Position numbers and translations under genes: made by a program. The notes under the pieces were generated by a model. The model was not told the origin of the DNA and searched no databases. It saw only the letters and a program-made list of their open reading frames with translations. Of a stretch of DNA of 64,000 nucleotides, positions 60,722 to 64,000 are shown in pieces. Each line of letters opens with the position of its first letter. Position 1 is the first letter of the stretch. The DNA is from Chiloscyllium plagiosum (Eukaryota): contig NC_057719.1 of assembly GCF_004010195.1 (NCBI RefSeq), forward strand, positions 79,283,678 to 79,347,677. The letters run 5' to 3'.

Positions 60722-61471
60722 CCCACAATACAAGAACACTTAGTACATACTAGAAGCTGCTCAAATTGGCTTCTAGTGAAGCTAATATTAAAAAGCTGCA
60801 GATAACTTCAAACGTGACTGGAATCCCCAGAAGTCAGTGCCACAACACCTAACAAAGCAAAAGAGAGTTCTTTAAACATCAGTCTCCCCTTTGAACACAT
60901 CCTCGACATTCTGAATGCAGCAACTAGGAGCAGGAATCAGACGCACAGCCCCTTGAACCTGTTCCACCATTCAATGAGATTGTGGCTGATACTTGACCTC
61001 AACTTTACATTTCAGCTTTAACTGATTCGCCATAGTTTGAAGCATTATATCTTGGCAGGAATGTACTACAGGCTCAGTGAAGGCACCGTTTTCATTGCTC
61101 ATTCAAGAGAAGGTGGGCATCCTTGGATGGGACAGCAGTTGTTTCCCATTCCTAGTTGCTCTGGAGAAGGTGGTGGTGAGCTGCCTCTCGAACCACCACA
61201 GTCCTCTGGGATGGCCGCAATGCCTACACCCCCGGCTGCTGAATTCTAAGGTTACAGCTTCATGCCTTTCTATAAAGGGGTCAAATAGAGACTGGCAAAT
61301 GACGGACATTTTAGCTTCCCAACATCACTCTGGCCCATGTCCAAGCTACTAATGCTGGAACTGCATGAGACCAATCGTCTCTCATATAGACCTAGAGAAT
61401 GTCACATGCTACTCCTAACAGAATATAAATTTTGCACCTAACCTGTGGTCTTATCAAAAGTCTCAAGTCAC

Positions 61472-61623
61472 AATGTCGTTGTTGAAGCCGCCAGTTTGTA
61501 CAGAGAATGAACCTGTGAACGAGTCAGTCGGAAGCTTTTGTTTTTGTAATTTTGGTTGAAGAGGAGGTCGAGGACAGAAATCCTCCCTCTTCTTTGAATA
61601 AAGTCGATGGAAACTTCAACTTC
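61472..61623 (-). CDS. Candidate internal exon (donor ambiguous: 61513 or 61472)
   Basis: cccttctcacttgctaag| acceptor; phase-0 frame EVEVSIDFIQRRGRISVLDLLFNQNYKNKSFRLTRSQ(VHSLYKLAASTTT); donors CAG|GTTCAT or TT|GTGACT are weak. Confidence 0.3.
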
Positions 61624-61741
61624 CTTAGCAAGTGAGAAGGGCATCCATTTTAACAAAACAAAACAGGCTGCTGTTTCAAGCCGAACCTAAGGGGCACAAT
61701 ATTTGCCACATTTTCATTTGATTTCCCTCAGCAATAACACC

Positions 61742-62068
61742 GGGAGCAATGTGGCTCAGGCACTGCTGCCTCACAGCGCCATGGACCCAGGTTTGATTCC
61801 ACCCTTCGGTGACTGTCTGTGTGGACTTTGCACGTTCTCCCTGGTTCTGCGTGGGTTTCCTCCCACAGTCCAAAGATGTGCAGGTTAGGTGGATTGGCTG
61901 TGCTAAATTGCCCCATAATGTCCGGGGATATGCAGGCTAGGTGGATGAGACATAGGAAAGGTGGAGTTACAGCGTTGGAGGCTGTGGGTCTGGGTGGGAT
62001 GCTCTTTGGAGGGTTGGTGTGGTCCTGATGGGCTGAATGGCCTGCTTCCACACTGTAGGGATTCTATG
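61742..62068 (+). mobile_element. HE1 SINE
   Basis: HE1 head, core and tail. Confidence 0.9.
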
Positions 62069-62759
62069 ATAAAACATTGAGGCCTGCCTAGATTAGAGCC
62101 ATTGAGGCCTGCCTGTCTGTCCTCGCTGATCCTATGTTGGAAGGGGTGCCTTCTCCAATATCCCATTGACATAATTCTATGTCCAATATTCCTTCGACCA
62201 TATCACTGAAATTATTTTTTTAAAAAGCATAAAGTATCTGGTCATCATTACATTTTTGTGTTTGGGCATAAATGGTCCCCCCTTCCTGCCCCTACATGCA
62301 TATACACACACTCGCTCACTCACATTCTGCATGACAGTCGTGACTGCGTTCCAAATAACACGTTATCAGCTGTAAATGCTTCAGGATGTCTTGAGGCCCT
62401 AAAGAGTTCTCCAGACATCCACGTGCTTTAATTCCCATTCCCATTCCTCGATAAGGCTTCCTAATGAGCGCTGCACATCTGGGTTGGCTGGAAATCGTGA
62501 CAAGCCACAGGTCGCTCGGAGACTCTATTCACTGTGGCCGTCTTTCAACCGGAGGCTGAAATCAGCTCTCTCATCTCAACCATCTGGCTCAACTTGAACA
62601 TGGTCTCAGGAGTCTGAGGAGCCCAAATTGCCCAGTTCGGAATTTGTTTAATTCTTCAGTTGTGCGAGACAGTTGTGATCCCTACACCCCTTCATTCCCA
62701 GCTAACCTACGTCACTTTTACATTTCAGTTTTGTTGCATAAAATGTAATATGCCTTCCT

Positions 62760-63010
62760 TCCAAGAGGCTGTAGCCTTGCTCTCAATATGTGTTGTGAAA
62801 TGAAGAAAGTGGAGACAGGATGGGTGGTAGATGAACTGGTGCCCTATGTAGGCCTCAAGATGGAGATAAAGTTCTTACGACTGAAGAGGTCAAAGGGTGT
62901 GGGGTGAAAGCAGGAACAGTTGAATAATCAGCCTTGACCGCACCGAATGGAGGAGCAGGATTGAAGGGCTGAATGGCCTACTCCTGTTCCAACTTGCTAT
63001 GTTTCTATGC
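62760..63010 (+). mobile_element. Old CR1 3' UTR fragment
   Basis: gaatggaggagcagg..gaagggctgaatggcctactcctgttcc..tatgtttctatg. Confidence 0.7.
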
Positions 63011-63341
63011 CTTTCTTTGTTTTAATCTTCCTGAAGACATTCCCTAAGTTGACATCCCTCTAGTTAGGAGGAAGTGCTTGCATTTATATAGTGTCATGCA
63101 CAAACTTGGGTTATCTCAGAGTATCTTGCAGCTGAGTCACTTTCGATGCGTAAAGTACATTTGAAAAATAGGGAAAACAGGAAGTAATTTGTACACAGGC
63201 CAGATGAACAACAGAGGGCAATTCCCCACATTTGGAATCCCTTGATACTTCACAGAAGAGTCTGATTGGATTACATAGGCGAGAGTGGGATGTGAATCCA
63301 TGACCTCATAACACAAGCCCAGGAAGCTGCCATTAAATATT

Positions 63342-63580
63342 GAGTCCCAACAGCATGGAAGCAGGCTATTCTGCCCATCGAGTTCTTACTGACCCTTCAA
63401 AGAGCATCCTGTGTAAAGTCACAACATCGCACCCCCCCCATCCCCGTAACCCCGCATATCCCATGGCCAACCCACCTAGTCTGGACATCTTTGGACTGTG
63501 GGAGGAAACCGGAGCACCCAGAGGAAACCCACTGGAAGAATGTGCAAACTCCACAAAGACAGTCGCCCTGAGGCTGGGAA
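63342..63580 (-). mobile_element. HE1 SINE, 5' truncated
   Basis: Reverse HE1 core and tail. Confidence 0.88.
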
Positions 63581-63837
63581 GCTCAGCACTTTATCAAAGA
63601 AGGATGACAAGGTCACTTTAAGAAAGAATCGCTCTGCTAAAATTGTGGTTGTCATGATAACACAAGCTTCAAAGTAAGTCTCATATTTCAACTAAGAGGA
63701 GCCTCTCCTGAAGAAAGTACACCACGTGTGTGCTGTGGAGCCTTCTTCCACCCACAGGCGTAAAGTTCCCCTCTCAGGTTGATGCATTCAGAGTGCTCTG
63801 TGACCCTCTTTCACCCCAGTTGTGTCAGGCTCCTCAC

Positions 63838-63888
63838 CTTGCAGGCAGGTGGGGAGTTAGCAAAGACTTGAATTTCCAACATGACATC
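63838..63888 (-). CDS. Candidate 51-nt phase-0 internal exon (DVMLEIQVFANSPPACK)
   Basis: tttaac branch-like site, gcacttcag|G acceptor, AAG|GTGAGG donor, open frame. Confidence 0.4.
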
Positions 63889-64000
63889 CTGAAGTGCATG
63901 GCAGTTAAAGCAATTAAAATATTTTGTGATAATATTGGGAGTGATGGGCACACCAAACTCTCTCAACAAGGGAACAACAGTTGATGATGCTTGTGAGATA

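Noticed and set aside
62440..62680. CpG-containing unique segment as an exon
   Set aside because: No frame with convincing paired splice sites on either strand

Overview
Repeat-dominated vertebrate DNA, almost certainly from a cartilaginous fish. The shark HE1 SINE, CR1/HER1-type LINEs and SacSINE1-like DeuSINEs are recognisable, and the (ATTAG)n SINE tails suggest a carpet/bamboo-shark-type genome (inference). There is no prokaryotic content and no CRISPR array, and most ORFs in the supplied track are repeat artefacts. Recognisable content: about 20 HE1 SINEs, about 20 DeuSINE pieces, many CR1 and L2 fragments, decayed Gypsy and PIF/Harbinger remnants, a Mutator-like MITE, an 18S rRNA retro-fragment abutting an HE1 SINE, a tRNA-Asn-derived pseudogene and one 201-N gap. 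Four candidate exons (58.1-63.9 kb, minus strand) may form the 3' end of a protein-coding gene I cannot name. The most interesting signal is a set of short (about 120-350 bp) non-coding Penelope-like elements in three families. They carry minimal hammerhead ribozyme cores (CUGANGA-stem II-GAAA-palindromic loop-NUH), are usually arranged as inverted repeats, and seven have 12-17 bp target-site duplications. Two loci also show tiny retroelement tails accompanied by about 80-85 bp target duplications. All repeat family names come from recognising consensus sequences by eye, and boundaries of old repeats are approximate.
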